Shown here: piece after piece, positions 62,401 through 64,000 of the stretch | How positions within the stretch are numbered: position 1 is the stretch's first letter | Layout of the letters: each line of letters starts with the position of its first letter | DNA from: Gnetum montanum | Lineage: Eukaryota > Plantae > Gnetophyta | Reading direction: 5' to 3' | NCBI GenBank assembly: GCA_015680685.1 | Contig: MNCI01002585.1 | Coordinates: forward strand, 452,105 to 516,104 | Length of the DNA: 64,000 nucleotides | The notes under the pieces: model-generated | The model's input: the letters and a program-made list of their open reading frames with translations, nothing else | Databases searched by the model: none | What the model was told of the DNA's origin: nothing | Translations under genes and position numbers: made by a program

Positions 62401-64000
62401 AAGTGCAAGTTAAACCCTCAGTTGGTTCTATGCATATGATTAAACTACTTTCTTGATCAACTGTTAGCCACTGGGTGCATTCCTATCATGTGGCTGCTGC
62501 ATACAAGCATCTTTGTATGTTGATCATTTGTGCACACTGATTGCATGCAGGCAATGTTAAACTTTGCACAACCCATGACCTCTGCACGCAATTACACCCT
62601 ATGTCACTGTATGCGATGCATGGAACTTTCTTCTTCTCAATCTTTCCAAATGTGTTTTCCTTTGATATTTCCAAGGAAAGATCATAAATTCCTAGGCACA
62701 CATCAACTGTGCTTAGCCATGATCTTCCCATTATGATTGGGAAGTCCCCCTTACCATTGTTCACCTGAATCACTAGAAAGTCAGCTGGGTATGACCACCC
62801 ACAAACAATGGTAACAATGTCCTCCACTAGTCCCAATGGGATAGTGATGGACTGGTTGACCAACTCTAAACGAATGTTACTCTTTTTGAGCAGAGGTAGG
62901 TTCTAGGCCTTGTACATTTCTTGAGAAATCAAGTTGACATCGGAACCTGAATCTAAAAGAGCCTGACACGGTTCATTTCCAGTGATTTTTAAGTATATTA
63001 GAGGACTCCTAGGATCAAATAATTTCCTAGGAAGATGGCTAGCTTTGATCCAATTAGTGACAACATGTGTTAGCATGACCGTATGCATTGAGTGCAGTGG
63101 TTGGGTTGAAGGAGGCTCCGAAGTTTTCATTAATAATGAGATTTCTAAGGAATCAGCCACTTGTGATTACAAGGGCATGGTTGGACTGTTGGTTCTAAGG
63201 AAAGGTTTTTTCTTCATGTGGTTGTTGGAACCAATAGTAGGTTGAGAGTTAACAACCCTTGTGATGTTATGTTGCTGCAGCTAGGTAGGGATTTCACCCT
63301 GCATAGCTAGAGCAGGTGGTGATGGAGCTATTGGTGGAAGAGATGTCGTCGGATGAGAAGGATGATATGTTTGTGGAACATCGTCCCTAAGAGAAGGAGT
63401 CCTATAATACTCATGAGCTTGGTAGTGAAATTGAGAAGAAACATGACCAATAGAGTCACGTGAAGAGACTAGCTATTGCATGTAATATCCATATGGGTCA
63501 GGTTGCTAGTAAGGATACTGTTACCTTGGTGGTGGCATTCCCCATGATTGTGGGTATTACCATTGTTGATACTACTCGATTGGTTTTGGTGGAGTTCCAC
63601 TGGGATAATACGTTAAGGGTTGGTGGAACTGTCTTGGGTTACCTTGGGGGTAAGGTAACCTTCAAAGTGTTTGCCGTTTGTTCAATCGTGGGTTGAGTGC
63701 ATATATCCCTGACTCCTATAGATGTGAGATTACAGGGCAACATCCCTTAGGATGGTCATATTGAAATATTTTGCATCCACTATCATTGTCTATTTCCGAA
63801 TCCACAACCTCTTCAATGATGGAAACTTTACCCTTACCCTTGCTACGTGCATGTTTAGCATCTCTCTTTTTTCTTTTTTTGCCATCACTACCTTGCTCTC
63901 TAGACTCCTCTACTATTTTAAGAATAGTTTGAAATCTATTGTTTAGGGAATCCCACATTTGGTCTACCTTTGCCGAAACTTCTAATGTCAACTTTTGGAT
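58619..64000 (-). mobile_element. Athila-like Gypsy element B (3' part; internal deletion of most RT, RNase H and INT N-terminus)
   Basis: Gag (DHPKGCC, shared with A), protease QALLDSGSDVNLI, and LKPLPTDMKY...AFTWSYPKLTGI fused at ~62120 to FGVPYALILDNGTHF...YHPQANG. PPT GGGGGTA at 59440-59446; 3' LTR at 58619-59439. Confidence 0.9.

Overview
Plant-type, repeat-only window with no intact host gene. It is a nest of decayed retroelements; the organism is probably a non-flowering land plant (inference only). Contents: (i) three members of one Tat/Ogre-like Ty3/Gypsy family (1-~10995 minus, partial; 21616-39978 minus, near full length with ~1.6-kb LTRs; 53182-56751, rearranged); (ii) two Athila-like Gypsy elements (~11300-19800 and 58619-64000, minus); (iii) an L1-type LINE (~40200-45080, minus); (iv) very degraded Copia/Gypsy remnants. 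Main points of interest: (1) In two diverged copies, the Tat-like family carries a spliced antisense gene directly downstream of gag-protease; in the complete copy it separates gag-protease from RT-integrase. It encodes a catalytically degenerate FCP1/NIF-type HAD phosphatase-like domain fused to a possible PMD/Transposase_32-like domain, with conserved intron positions. (2) A 1.8-kb non-coding insertion in gag holds four minimal type-I hammerhead ribozyme motifs in a Penelope-like inverted-plus-tandem layout. (3) A covarying GTC-N6-GAC hairpin plus TTAAAC motif is arrayed on both sides of pol. (4) One integrant has inverted U5 ends on both sides, framed by a 5-bp TSD. One apparent inversion (28197-28982) is probably a mis-oriented contig. 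All calls come from reading the sequence by eye, and boundaries of decayed elements are approximate.
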